Source: Candidatus Bipolaricaulia bacterium (GTDB lineage Bacteria; Bipolaricaulota; Bipolaricaulia; RBG-16-55-9). Taken from it: DNA of 64,000 bases. The translations under genes were made by a program, and so were the position numbers. The DNA lies in assembly GCA_042219045.1 (NCBI GenBank), contig JBDGQO010000033.1:32001-96000 (forward strand). The letters are read 5' to 3'. Below are positions 16,104 through 24,145 of the stretch, one piece after another (position 1 is the first letter of the stretch; every line of letters starts with the position of its first letter). The notes beneath the pieces were generated by a model. The model was given only the letters and a program-made list of their open reading frames with translations, was not told where the DNA came from and searched no databases.

Positions 16104-18677
16104 TTAAAGCTTGCCCTTGAGACGGTGGAGGAGATTGAGCGCCTCGATCGGCGTCAACGTGTCGATGTCGGTGTCCCTGAGCTCGTCGACGACCGGATGG
16201 GGCTCGCTGCCGAACAGCGATGGCTGTTTGATGACCTTCGGCTCGGTCGGCTTGCTCCCCTCAATCGCTTCCAAGGGATTTCCCTGAAGGATCTGGTTCA
16301 GCACGTTGCTCGCCGTGTCGATGACCTCATCCGGGAGGCCCGCCAGCTTGGCGACATGGATGCCGTAGCTGCCTTCCGCCTCGCCGCGCTGGACCTGGTG
16401 CAGAAAGATGACGTCGTCGCCGTGGTCTTGGACGAGCACCGTCATGTTGACGACGCCGGGGAGCTTGTTGGCCAGAAGCGTCAATTCGTGATAGTGCGTC
16501 GCAAACAGCGTCTTCGCGCCGATCCGCGACACGAGATGTTCGGCCACGGCCCAGGCGATGGAGACGCCGTCGAACGTGCTCGTGCCGCGTCCCATCTCGT
16601 CCAGGATGACGAGGCTGTCCTCGGTGGCGTTGTTGAGAATCTGGGCCGCCTCGATCATCTCCACCATGAACGTGGAGTAGCCGAACGCCAGCATGTCGGT
16701 GGCGCCGACGCGCGTGAAGACCTTATCGACAATGGGCAGCTGAGCGCGCTCGGCAGGAACGAATGCGCCCATTTGCGCCATGAGGCAGATGAGCGCGGTC
16801 TGGCGGAGGTAGGTGCTCTTGCCGCTCATGTTCGGGCCCGTCAGCACGGCCAGCGTCTCATCCGGCGCCATCTCGAGGTCGTTCGGCACAAAGGGCTCGT
16901 CGGTCTGGAGGGTCTCCACCACGGGATGCCGGCCATCCGTGATCTCGATCGTGCGCCCAGGCGCAAACGTAGGCCGGGTGTAGCCGCGTCTTTTGGCGAC
17001 CTCCGCCAGGGACGCATAGACGTCGAGCTCGGCGATGTGCGCGGCAAGGCCCTGCAGTTCGCGGACGTGCTCTGCTGCTCGGTCTCGAAGCTGGCCGAAC
17101 AGCTCGTATTCGAGCTTTTGGGCCCGCTCTTGAGCGGAGAGGATCTTCTCTTCGTGCTCTTTCAGCTCCGGGGTGACGTAGCGCTCGGCGGATTTGAGCG
17201 ACTGCTTGCGCGTGTAGCGCGCCGGCACCCGATCGGCATGGGTGCGGGTCACCTCGATGTAGTAGCCGAAGACGGAGTTGTAGCCGACCTTGAGCGACGG
17301 AATCCCGGTCGCTTCCTGTTCGTCGCTTTCCAGGTCGAGAATCTTCTGTTTGCGCTCGCGCTCGCGAGCCTTGACGTCGTCGAGGTCCGCGGAGAATCCG
17401 TCTTGGATGATGCCGCCCTCTTTCAGCGTGAACGGGGCGTCCTCGCGCAGCGCCCGTTGGAACTCGTCGACCAAGGCGTCCAGCTCGAGCTGATCCAGGT
17501 CGGTTGCGATCTCGGACAAGCGGGCCGTGTCGTGGTCCTCGCGGAGCTGATCCAATTGTTGCCGCAGCACAGGCAGGTGAGCGAGGGACTGCTTCAGCGA
17601 CAGCAGGTCACGGGGCGTCGCGCGGCCGGCGCCGAGTTTGCCGGCCAGCCGCTGGACGTCGTGGATGCCAGCTAGGATATCCCGGAGGTCGGAGCGGGCC
17701 AGCTCCTCGGTGTGGAAGAGCTCGACCATGTCGAGGCGCCGTTCGATCTCAGTCCCATCCAGCAACGGACTGAGAACCCACGAGCGGAGGCAGCGTTCGC
17801 CCATCCCCGTCGCGGTGTCGTTCAGCACGGATAGCAAGGTGTGTTGTTCTCCGCCCGTGCGGAGCTCGCGGACGAGCTCGAGGTTGCGCTGCGTAAAGGG
17901 ATCGAGCCCCATGACGTTCGACGTGGCGTAAGCGGTCGGCTGCTTCAGGTGGCTCAGCCCCGCTTTCTGCGTCTCCTGCAGATAGTGGAGCAGGCCGCCC
18001 GCGGCTCGACCCGCCAGGGGACTCAGCCCCAGTCCGTCGAGCGAGACGAGCCCGAAATGGCCCGTAATGTGGTCGCCGCGAAACCGCCGTGGATCGATCG
18101 TCGTGCGTGCCTGATGGCCGTCCGGATCGAGCGCGAGGTCGTCGTCGGCCAACTCGTCCTCGGGGAGGATGAGCTCGGTCGGTTGCAGACGAGCCAGTTC
18201 CGATTTGGCATCGTGAACGTCGCCCAGCTCGGTGGCGTGAAACTCGCCCGTCGACACGTCCGCCACGGCCAGTCCGACGCGTCCCTTATCTACCACGAGC
18301 GCGGCGATGTGGTTCTGTTTGCCCCGGTCGAGGGCATCCTCGTCCAGAACCGTCCCAGGCGTCACGACGCGGACGACGTCCCGTTCGACGGGGCCTTTGG
18401 CCTCGTCCGGGTCCTGGACTTGATCGCAGATTGCGACCTTATGGCCGCGCCGCAACAGGCGGTTCAGATAGAGATGGGCTTTTTTGATGGGGACCCCCGC
18501 CATCGGTTGGCCTTCGCGCTGGGTGAGCGCGATGTCGAGCTCGCGGGCGCAGATCTCGGCGTCCTCGTAGAACGTTTCGTAGAAGTCGCCCAGCTGGAAG
18601 AAGAGAATGACGTCGGGGTGTTGGGCCTTCATGCGGAAGTACTGCTGCATCATGGGCGTCGATTTCGCCTGAGCCAT
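16104..18677 (-). CDS. mutS: DNA mismatch repair protein MutS
   Basis: TPMMQQY, GDFYE, GPNMSGKS, STFMVEM, DEMGRGT; start trimmed to MAQAKS. Confidence 0.97.
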   Translation of the reverse strand: MAQAKSTPMMQQYFRMKAQHPDVILFFQLGDFYETFYEDAEICARELDIALTQREGQPMAGVPIKKAHLYLNRLLRRGHKVAICDQVQDPDEAKGPVERDVVRVVTPGTVLDEDALDRGKQNHIAALVVDKGRVGLAVADVSTGEFHATELGDVHDAKSELARLQPTELILPEDELADDDLALDPDGHQARTTIDPRRFRGDHITGHFGLVSLDGLGLSPLAGRAAGGLLHYLQETQKAGLSHLKQPTAYATSNVMGLDPFTQRNLELVRELRTGGEQHTLLSVLNDTATGMGERCLRSWVLSPLLDGTEIERRLDMVELFHTEELARSDLRDILAGIHDVQRLAGKLGAGRATPRDLLSLKQSLAHLPVLRQQLDQLREDHDTARLSEIATDLDQLELDALVDEFQRALREDAPFTLKEGGIIQDGFSADLDDVKARERERKQKILDLESDEQEATGIPSLKVGYNSVFGYYIEVTRTHADRVPARYTRKQSLKSAERYVTPELKEHEEKILSAQERAQKLEYELFGQLRDRAAEHVRELQGLAAHIAELDVYASLAEVAKRRGYTRPTFAPGRTIEITDGRHPVVETLQTDEPFVPNDLEMAPDETLAVLTGPNMSGKSTYLRQTALICLMAQMGAFVPAERAQLPIVDKVFTRVGATDMLAFGYSTFMVEMIEAAQILNNATEDSLVILDEMGRGTSTFDGVSIAWAVAEHLVSRIGAKTLFATHYHELTLLANKLPGVVNMTVLVQDHGDDVIFLHQVQRGEAEGSYGIHVAKLAGLPDEVIDTASNVLNQILQGNPLEAIEGSKPTEPKVIKQPSLFGSEPHPVVDELRDTDIDTLTPIEALNLLHRLKGKL

Positions 18678-18767
18678 AGCTGGTCTCATGATAGACGGCA
18701 GAAGCGACGTCGCCAACGACGCGCGGGAGTTGCAACGGGCCCTTCCAGTTGCTACAAGCGGGGGACC

Positions 18768-19532
18768 ATGGTCACGCGCCCCGGGCAGCGATTCTCCGTT
18801 GTCGAGCCGATTCGGGAGATCAACAAGATCAAGGTCGTCGACAACGGCGAGCCGCTCGTGGGCATCGCCGATCGGTGTCCGGACATGCGGTTGCAACAGG
18901 AACCGAACGACCTCGGCATTCCGCCGCTGCCGTACCTGCGCGAGACCGTGGTCGAAATGTTGCTCGACGCCCGGCGGCTGCTGCCGGATAGGCATGACTT
19001 CTTCGTCACGAGTGCCTACCGCGCGCCCGAGCACCAGGCGGCCATCTATGAGTGGGTCTACGAGAAGTTCAAAACGGACAATCCGCATTGGCCAAAGAAC
19101 ATCCTGCGTCGGGAAACCAACCGCTACGTCCATCCGCCCGATATCCCGACGCCGCCCGGCCATTCCACAGGGGGCGCGGTCGATCTGACCATCCTCGATC
19201 CGAATGGCGAGGAGCTCGACATGGTCTCGCCCTACGACGGGGATCGCGACGTCCGCCGGCACGTCGCTGCCACCTATGACGACAAGATCTCCGAGCGAGC
19301 TCGGCGGAATCGGGATCTGCTGATCCGGGTGATGAGCGGAGCCGGCTTCACCAACTACGCTGGGGAATGGTGGCACTGGTCCTATGGCGACAGCTGTTGG
19401 GCCTGGCGGCTAGGGAAGGCCACGGCCATCTACGACAAGGTCGAACCGACGGATGAGATTCGCGCGCTCATCGACTTCTTCGAGGCGCAGCGCGAATCGT
19501 CGTCAGCTGTGACGGAAGACGACGCTGAGTGA
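18768..19532 (+). CDS. M15 family D-Ala-D-Ala dipeptidase (VanX/DdpX-like)
   Basis: AYR, GHSTGGAVD, EWWH motifs; start trimmed to MVTRP. Confidence 0.85.
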   Translation: MVTRPGQRFSVVEPIREINKIKVVDNGEPLVGIADRCPDMRLQQEPNDLGIPPLPYLRETVVEMLLDARRLLPDRHDFFVTSAYRAPEHQAAIYEWVYEKFKTDNPHWPKNILRRETNRYVHPPDIPTPPGHSTGGAVDLTILDPNGEELDMVSPYDGDRDVRRHVAATYDDKISERARRNRDLLIRVMSGAGFTNYAGEWWHWSYGDSCWAWRLGKATAIYDKVEPTDEIRALIDFFEAQRESSSAVTEDDAE

Positions 19533-19790
19533 GCGCTTGAGCCGTTCCGCGGCGTCGTCGTCCCCCTCGCTGTCGTCGTCGGTGGCGCTCGGGATGGCGG
19601 CTTCGACGTAGGCGTTCAGCATATCCAGCGTCAGCGTCGAGACCGACGATCGGACCGCGGCCAACTGGGTAAGCACCTCGTCGCCGGCCTCGCCCCGTTC
19701 GACCATGCCGGCAACGCCGCGGACCTGGCCCTCAAGGCGATGGAGCCAACGGACAAATTCCTGGCGGTCTTCGTCCTGCAGTTCGTCCAA
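19503..19790 (-). CDS. CsoR/RcnR family repressor-like protein lacking Cys ligands
   Basis: LHRLEGQVRGV..MVE...LTQLAAVRS; TTG start with AAGGAGG RBS. Confidence 0.8.
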   Translation of the reverse strand: MDELQDEDRQEFVRWLHRLEGQVRGVAGMVERGEAGDEVLTQLAAVRSSVSTLTLDMLNAYVEAAIPSATDDDSEGDDDAAERLKRSLSVVFRHS

Positions 19791-19841
19791 TGCCCGACCT
19801 CCTTGTTCGCGCTCAACCCGACCGGGTCTGAACGGACTGGG

Positions 19842-20279
19842 TCAGAGCTCGCGCCCGAACAGGCCACGCTCCAGTGCCAGCGAGCCCGGCCCGGCGAGCA
19901 CCAGCACGACGCCCATCATGAACAGCGTCAGATCGAGATCCCAGAACCCCGTCAGCCCCAGGAAATCGTTGCCGTTGGCCAGTCCGGCCGGCAGCTTCAC
20001 CGTCAGGGTGGACACGACCATGACGATCGCCAGAACGGCCCCGGCATAGCGCGTCAGAATCCCCAACAGCACCGCGACGCCGCCGAGCAGCTCCGCGTAG
20101 GCGGCCAGCGGGGCCATGATCTCGGGCAGCGGAATGTTGAACTGGTTGGCGAAGGCGTTCGTGTAGCCCTCCAGGCCGCTCACGTGGCGCCAGCCGTAGA
20201 TGATGAAGATGAGGCCCATGGACAGGCGCGCGAGCAGTAACGCCCAATCATGCCGATCTTGGATGAGCCGAGCGAGCAT
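19842..20279 (-). CDS. DoxX family membrane protein
   Basis: LLARL.MGLIF, ELLGG..VLLG.LTR, GPGSLAL; AAAGGAGG RBS. Confidence 0.9.
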   Translation of the reverse strand: MLARLIQDRHDWALLLARLSMGLIFIIYGWRHVSGLEGYTNAFANQFNIPLPEIMAPLAAYAELLGGVAVLLGILTRYAGAVLAIVMVVSTLTVKLPAGLANGNDFLGLTGFWDLDLTLFMMGVVLVLAGPGSLALERGLFGREL

Positions 20280-20332
20280 CAGGCCTCCTTTTGATGTCCT
20301 GAGACGATTTTTGTGGCGTGATCGACGCCTTA

Positions 20333-20359
20333 GGGCGCCCTTGGTCCACAAGGGCGCCC
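20333..20359. terminator. Hairpin between trxA and doxX
   Basis: GGGCGCCCTTG-5 nt-CAAGGGCGCCC perfect 11-bp stem. Confidence 0.45.
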
Positions 20360-20400
20360 CATCAACGCGTCGAACGCGTCAGCGGCGCCGACCGACGAGC

Positions 20401-20739
20401 TCAGGCGCTCGCCGCGTTCAGATGCGCTTCTAGCTGCTCCTTGAGCTGGCCTTTGGCGAGGAAACCGACGATGCGGTCGGCCTCGTCGCCGTCCTTGAAC
20501 AGGACCATCGTCGGGATGCTCTGCACGCCGTACTGCATGCTGAGCTCGTTGTTCTGGTCGACGTCCAGCTTGGCGACCTTGAGTTGGTCGCCGAACTCGT
20601 CGGCCAGCTCCTCGATGACGGGCGCAAGTGCCTTGCAGGGGCCGCACCAGTCCGCGTAGAAGTCGACGAGCACGGGCGTGTCGGCGTCCAAGACTTCTTG
20701 CTGGAAGTTGTCGGCGTTCACGTAGGTCAAATTGGCCAT
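20401..20739 (-). CDS. trxA: Thioredoxin
   Basis: VDFYADWCGPCK, SIPT. Confidence 0.97.
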   Translation of the reverse strand: MANLTYVNADNFQQEVLDADTPVLVDFYADWCGPCKALAPVIEELADEFGDQLKVAKLDVDQNNELSMQYGVQSIPTMVLFKDGDEADRIVGFLAKGQLKEQLEAHLNAASA

Positions 20740-20854
20740 GTTGTTCCCTCCTGTCGTTGTTCATCGGTTGATGATGGGTCTCAGGGTACCCAAGCGACGA
20801 TAAAGCGTCCAACCCTGCGACGCGTCCATGACAGCAGATGAGGGCGAGACGTGC

Positions 20855-20870
20855 TGTAAGGCGCCTTACA
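20855..20870. promoter_or_regulatory. Candidate Crp/Fnr-family operator
   Basis: Perfect 16-bp palindrome TGTAAGGCGCCTTACA between divergent trxA and crp-like genes. Confidence 0.55.
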
Positions 20871-20945
20871 CGAAGGCCGGCTGATCGTTATCATGGCCCA
20901 ACACTGGTGGATTGGGAAGCTTTGTGTCCATAAACAGGAGGCCAG

Positions 20946-21638
20946 ATGTCGGACAGCGGACGGTTCTGGTGCGTTCAAGAGTTCAGCCTAGCCGAGGCGC
21001 TTGACGCGCGCCAGCAGGGCGAGCTCGACGCGTTCATGCAGCACGTGCATTACGAAAAGGGCGAGACGATCTACTTCCCCGGTGATCCCAGTGGTACCGT
21101 CTACACGCTCCACAACGGCCGCGTGCGGCTCGACTACCTCGACGAGAGCGGCAAACGCCTGACGTTCGCCATCGTGGGTCCCGGCCAAGTGTTCGGAGAG
21201 ACGGCGTTGGCGGGCGAAGAGCGGCGTCGCTGGATCGCCGAGGCCATGGAGGATACGACGCTCTGCATCGTCCACAAGAACGACTTGATGCGTTTCGCCG
21301 AAGCGAATCCCCGGTTCGCCATGACGATCACCAAGCTGATCGGCTCCCGACTGGTCGAGGTCGAGAACAAGCTGGAAAACCTGCTCTTCCGCGGTGTGCG
21401 GGCCCGCTTGGCCAATACGCTCCTAGCGTTGGCGGAAGAGTACGGCACCGAGACCGACGAGGGCGTGCACATCCAACTGGGACTGACGCACCAGGAGCTG
21501 GCCCACCTGATCGGCTCCACGCGGGAGACCACGTCAGCGACGCTTGGTGATCTGGAAGACGAGAGCTTGATTGAAAAACGCCGGGACGGAATTGTTCTGT
21601 CGGACATGGAAGGGATTCGCGGCCTGGCCGAAGCGTGA
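20946..21638 (+). CDS. Crp/Fnr family transcriptional regulator
   Basis: cNMP-binding-like domain (GQVFGE), HTH LTHQELAHLIGSTRETTS; AGGAGG RBS. Confidence 0.93.
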   Translation: MSDSGRFWCVQEFSLAEALDARQQGELDAFMQHVHYEKGETIYFPGDPSGTVYTLHNGRVRLDYLDESGKRLTFAIVGPGQVFGETALAGEERRRWIAEAMEDTTLCIVHKNDLMRFAEANPRFAMTITKLIGSRLVEVENKLENLLFRGVRARLANTLLALAEEYGTETDEGVHIQLGLTHQELAHLIGSTRETTSATLGDLEDESLIEKRRDGIVLSDMEGIRGLAEA

Positions 21639-21752
21639 CGGCGATTACAGATCGTCCGCGGCTCATCCCTTAGCCATGGGATAGCTTGCTAGATGCGACG
21701 CGACCTCCGTAGGCCAAGGAAACTGGACGTGAGGCGGCTCCGTTGGTTCGGG

Positions 21753-21795
21753 GCCGCCCTTCGTCTCTCCCAAGCCGAAGGGCGGCTGGTTTCTT
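21753..21795 (+). terminator. Intrinsic terminator after crp-like gene
   Basis: GCCGCCCTTCG/CGAAGGGCGGC stem followed by TGGTTTCTT. Confidence 0.5.
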
Positions 21796-21822
21796 GACCG
21801 ACTTGCAGCCATTGCCTAGAAT
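21794..21822 (+). promoter_or_regulatory. Sigma70-type promoter of lgt
   Basis: TTGACC-17 bp-TAGAAT. Confidence 0.65.
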
Positions 21823-21934
21823 AACCCGTTCTATTGGCGAAATGGACCTCAGGGCACGGCTTCAATATCCGCTGCAGCATCCGAGCAGGCTCGTCGCACC
21901 CTCCCTGGGGAATCGATAAGGGGGCGTTTGCGCC

Positions 21935-22765
21935 ATGGACCCAGTCATCGTCGAAATTGGGCCGCTTGCCATCCGCTGGTATGGGCTCATGTACGTCGTT
22001 GCCATCGTCGTCGGCATCGTGCTCATCACCCGCGAGATCCGACGTCGCGGGCTCAATTTGACCCTGGACGACGTTCTGGACTTCGTCTTGATCACCGTGC
22101 CCTTGGCCATCATCGGGGCCCGGCTCTACTACGTGGCATTCCAATGGCAGTATTACGGGCAAAACCTGGCCGACATTTACAAGATCTGGCAAGGCGGCTT
22201 GGCGATCCATGGCGGCCTCATCGCCGGCGTCGTCGGGCTGTTGATCTTCGCCAAGTGGAAAAAGGTCTCGTTCTGGACCTTCGCCGACGTCGTGGCTCCG
22301 CCGCTCGTGTTGGGCCAGGCATTCGGGCGCTTCGGCAACTTCATGAACGGCGATGCCTACGGCATTCCGACCAATTCGATCTTCGGGGTCGTCTTCCCCG
22401 ACAACACGCCCGCGGGCCAAGCCTATCCCGAGATGCACATCCATCCGACGATGCTGTACGAACTGGTCGGCTGCTTGATCATCTTCGGCGTGCTCTTTTG
22501 GCTCCAGCGCCAACCGTTCAAGGCCGGCTTTATCACGTCCGTGTACGCCATCAGTTACTCCGTGTTGCGCTTCATCGTGGAGTTCTATCGCGGCGATGCT
22601 CTCTGTCTCACCGGCGGCACCAACTGCATCACCGGAGCCGACACGTTCGTGGAGTCGCTCAAGACGGCCCAAGTGATCAGCGTGCTCATCGTGCTCGTCT
22701 TCGTCACGCTGATGATCTTCAAGGAGCTCTACCGGCGCAGCGACACCGAGCCCTCCGAAACTTAG
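21935..22765 (+). CDS. lgt: Prolipoprotein diacylglyceryl transferase
   Basis: IRWYGLMY, GARLYY, GGLAIHGG, GRFGNFMN, HPTMLYE. Confidence 0.96.
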   Translation: MDPVIVEIGPLAIRWYGLMYVVAIVVGIVLITREIRRRGLNLTLDDVLDFVLITVPLAIIGARLYYVAFQWQYYGQNLADIYKIWQGGLAIHGGLIAGVVGLLIFAKWKKVSFWTFADVVAPPLVLGQAFGRFGNFMNGDAYGIPTNSIFGVVFPDNTPAGQAYPEMHIHPTMLYELVGCLIIFGVLFWLQRQPFKAGFITSVYAISYSVLRFIVEFYRGDALCLTGGTNCITGADTFVESLKTAQVISVLIVLVFVTLMIFKELYRRSDTEPSET

Positions 22766-22812
22766 GCGTTCGTCCGTCGGTCGGCGCGTCGAGGGCCGAC
22801 GCCCCGCCCAAC

Positions 22813-23538
22813 TCAAGACATCTCGAAGCGCTCGCCGAGGTAGAACCGTCGAGCTCGCGGATCCTCGGTGATGCTATCGGGTGGGCCTTCCCAGAACACC
22901 TGGCCGGCCTGGATGAGATAGACGTAGTCGGTCACGCGCAGCGTCTCGCGGACGTTGTGATCCGTCACGACGACGCCGAGCCCGTCGGATTTCAGTTCCT
23001 CGATCAGTTCCTGAAGTTCCTCGATGGAGAGCGGGTCGATGCCCGTAAACGGCTCGTCGAGGAGCAGATACTGGGGGTCGGCCGCCAAAGCGCGGGCGAT
23101 CTCCACGCGGCGGCGCTCGCCCGAGGAGAGCGTGTCAGCGCGCTGGCGGCGCAGCCGCACGATGCCCAATTTCTGTAGGAGCTCATCGACGCGCGCCTGG
23201 CGGTCCGATCGCCGAACGCCGTGTCCCTGCAGGACGATCTGGAGGTTGTCCGTGACCGACAGCTTGCGGAAGATGGACGCCTCCTGGGGCAAGTAATGGA
23301 GCCCGGCCCGCGCGCGCCGATGGAAGGGCCAATGGGTGATGGGCTCACCGTCGAGCGTGATCTGCCCGGAGACGGGGGCAACGAGGCCCGTCATGCAATG
23401 GAACGTTGTTGTCTTGCCCGCGCCGTTCGGGCCGAGCAGGCCGATCACCTGCTGCGGCTCGACCCGGAGCGTGACGTCGTCGACGATGCGACGCGCGCCG
23501 TAGCTTTTGTGCAGGTTCTCGGCTTCCAGGGTCGGCAT
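22813..23538 (-). CDS. lptB: LPS export ABC transporter ATP-binding protein
   Basis: GLLGPNGAGKTT, YLPQEASIFRKL, LSSGERRRVEIAR, TDHNVRETL. Confidence 0.93.
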   Translation of the reverse strand: MPTLEAENLHKSYGARRIVDDVTLRVEPQQVIGLLGPNGAGKTTTFHCMTGLVAPVSGQITLDGEPITHWPFHRRARAGLHYLPQEASIFRKLSVTDNLQIVLQGHGVRRSDRQARVDELLQKLGIVRLRRQRADTLSSGERRRVEIARALAADPQYLLLDEPFTGIDPLSIEELQELIEELKSDGLGVVVTDHNVRETLRVTDYVYLIQAGQVFWEGPPDSITEDPRARRFYLGERFEMS

Positions 23539-23539
23539 C

Positions 23540-24145
23540 TCAGCGTCCGCCCTCCAATTGGACCTCGAGCGACGCGCTCTGCATCGTCAGGCTCTCCGAC
23601 TGCAGGTCGTAGCTGAACCCGATGCCGCGCATGGAGAGGTCATCCCGCTGGATGCGGACGCCCGTCTCGCCCGTGATGCGACGCTGCTCGGCGTTCCAGC
23701 GGGCCCGGTCGGTCTCGAACGTCAGGCTGTCGGGCCCCTCACCGCGAACGTCGCCCTGCAGCCGGAGGTTCCGCGTCCGATGCTCGACGACGAGTCGATC
23801 CGCCCGGACCGTCAGCGCGACCGTCTGACGGTTGCCGGTGGCGGCCGCGTCCATGAAGCGCACGCGGACGTTGCGGGCGCGGCTCCGGTCACGTCCGCGC
23901 TTGTAGCTCATCTTGCCCACGTCCATGGTCCAGACAAGCCGGCCCGACGGGTCGTGGTGCGTGAGCGTCCCTTGCTGGATGGCAATCGCTGGGCCGTCGG
24001 ATGGCTCGGCCGAACTGGACGACGGGTCGGTGCTTCCGCACCCGCTGGCGATGACGGCGAGCAGCGCCAGCGTCAGGAGGAGCGGGCCGCCACGTCGTCT
24101 GGATCGGGCGCGCTGGAAGTCGGTTGGCCGCTTTGGTGCAGGCAT
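23540..24145 (-). CDS. lptC: LptC-like beta-jellyroll protein, predicted lipoprotein
   Basis: Lipobox IASGC; beta-rich (ADR...L.GDV...TDRARW...G.GF.YDL); directly upstream of lptB; start uncertain. Confidence 0.7.
   Translation of the reverse strand: MPAPKRPTDFQRARSRRRGGPLLLTLALLAVIASGCGSTDPSSSSAEPSDGPAIAIQQGTLTHHDPSGRLVWTMDVGKMSYKRGRDRSRARNVRVRFMDAAATGNRQTVALTVRADRLVVEHRTRNLRLQGDVRGEGPDSLTFETDRARWNAEQRRITGETGVRIQRDDLSMRGIGFSYDLQSESLTMQSASLEVQLEGGR

Noticed and set aside
18678..19376. Long N-terminal extension of mutS in the ORF track (similar cases for the vanX-like gene, holB, wecA and ispA)
   Set aside because: The extensions overlap divergent genes, and homology begins at downstream ATGs that have promoter or RBS support.
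10607..21786. GGGCG(G)CCC hairpins at 10607, 20333 and 21753 as a REP family
   Set aside because: There are only three, they are not identical, and terminator or stabiliser hairpins explain them adequately.
21693..21797. 34-codon Arg-rich ORF after the crp-like gene
   Set aside because: It has no RBS and runs through the terminator hairpin and the lgt -35 element.
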